A stretch of DNA of 56,697 bases from a phage: the sequence record PZ513998.1, one strand, 5' to 3'. The notes beneath the pieces were generated by a model. The model was given only the letters and a program-made list of their open reading frames with translations. It had not been told where the DNA came from and did no database searches. The position numbers and the translations under genes were made by a program. This document shows, piece after piece, positions 56,182-56,697 of the stretch (positions are counted from its first letter, which is position 1; each line of letters starts with the position of its first letter).

Positions 56182-56697
56182 AACCTTTCATACGAACAGT
56201 TTAGCCGAGACTACACGAAGACTAACTATTCTTCCGCGAGAGCCTCAATGGGGGAAACATGGAAATTCATGCAGTCTCGCAAAAAGATCATTGCTGATGC
56301 TTTCGCTACAAACATTTATGCGTTGTGGTTAGAGGAGATGATAAACAAAAACGAAATCCCGTTGCCACGAGGAAAAACGAGCGACTGGTTTTACGAACCG
56401 TTAGTGAAAGACTGTTTAATTCGTTGCGACTGGATAGGTGCAGCCCGCGGTCAAATCGACGAGAAGAAAGAGACCGAAGCAGCTATCATGAGAATTAACA
56501 GTGGTCTGAGCACTCGTGAGAAAGAAATCGCTCGACTCGGCGAAGACTGGAGAGAGATTTTTAGGCAGTTAGAACGAGAAAAACGAATAAAAGATAAATA
56601 CGGGCTTGTTTTCTCCGGAGATGTGAGTAATATATCCGCTAACGAGAAAACAAACTCGGAAGATGACGAAGAAACTAACAGTGGGGATTCGGAATGA
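56182..56697 (+). CDS. portal protein, lambda gpB family, C-terminal fragment lacking a start codon
   Basis: open in frame 1 directly after the protease stop; first ATG only at 56248; translation NLSYEQFSRDYTKTNYSSARAS...CDWIGAARGQIDEKKETEAAIMRINSGLSTREKE is colinear with gpB residues following ...IAAGL (GVSYEQLSRNY...CDWIGSGRMAIDGLKEVQEAVMLIEAGLSTYEKE); continues exactly where ORF 547-1671 stops. Confidence 0.75.
   Translation, partial: NLSYEQFSRDYTKTNYSSARASMGETWKFMQSRKKIIADAFATNIYALWLEEMINKNEIPLPRGKTSDWFYEPLVKDCLIRCDWIGAARGQIDEKKETEAAIMRINSGLSTREKEIARLGEDWREIFRQLEREKRIKDKYGLVFSGDVSNISANEKTNSEDDEETNSGDSE

Noticed and set aside
1-56697. Temperate lifestyle module (integrase, repressor, att sites)
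   Set aside because: No ORF showed tyrosine or serine recombinase motifs or a CI-like repressor pattern that I could recognise; absence is not proven without profile searches.
1-56697. Natural polycistronic single-frame genome with obligate termination-reinitiation at every junction
   Set aside because: The exact junction duplications, the 5'-truncated portal fragment and the reversed synteny are all explained more simply by concatenation of separately exported CDS sequences.
1-56697. tRNA or other structured RNA genes
   Set aside because: I did not recognise any cloverleaf-compatible segment by eye and the sequence is fully tiled by ORFs; a dedicated tRNA scan would be needed to exclude them.

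Overview
This 56.7-kb window carries an essentially complete tailed-phage gene set of the lambda type, but the sequence is not organised like a native contiguous genome. Coordinates below include the stop codon. Head module: Nu1-like small terminase, GpA-family large terminase, gpW-like protein, gpB-family portal (split in two pieces), S49 protease/scaffold (gpC-like), gpD-like decoration protein and gpE-family major capsid protein. Tail module: major tail protein with Ig-like domain, chaperone, 1443-aa tape measure, gpL-like Cys-cluster protein, 1259-aa J-like host-specificity protein, fibre-like proteins including three tandem paralogs. Also present: a lysis-like cassette, a replication module (prim-pol/D5-type helicase, DUF2800 Cas4-like nuclease, DUF2815 SSB-like protein, family-A DNA polymerase, VRR-NUC, SNF2 helicase) and about 15 kb of mostly unknown small genes including a Dam-type N6-adenine methyltransferase and an RdgC-like protein. 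I recognised no rRNA, tRNA, CRISPR array or integrase. The main finding is structural: every ORF lies in the same reading frame (all starts at coordinate = 1 mod 3), every stop codon is followed directly by ATG/GTG/TTG, short exact duplications sit at gene junctions, gene order is the reverse of conserved synteny although all genes are on the + strand, and the portal gene is split between the two window ends. The simplest explanation is that the window is a concatenation of sense-strand CDS sequences sorted by coordinate (or another engineered or codon-level construct). Protein calls are from motif recall and synteny only; no database search was run.
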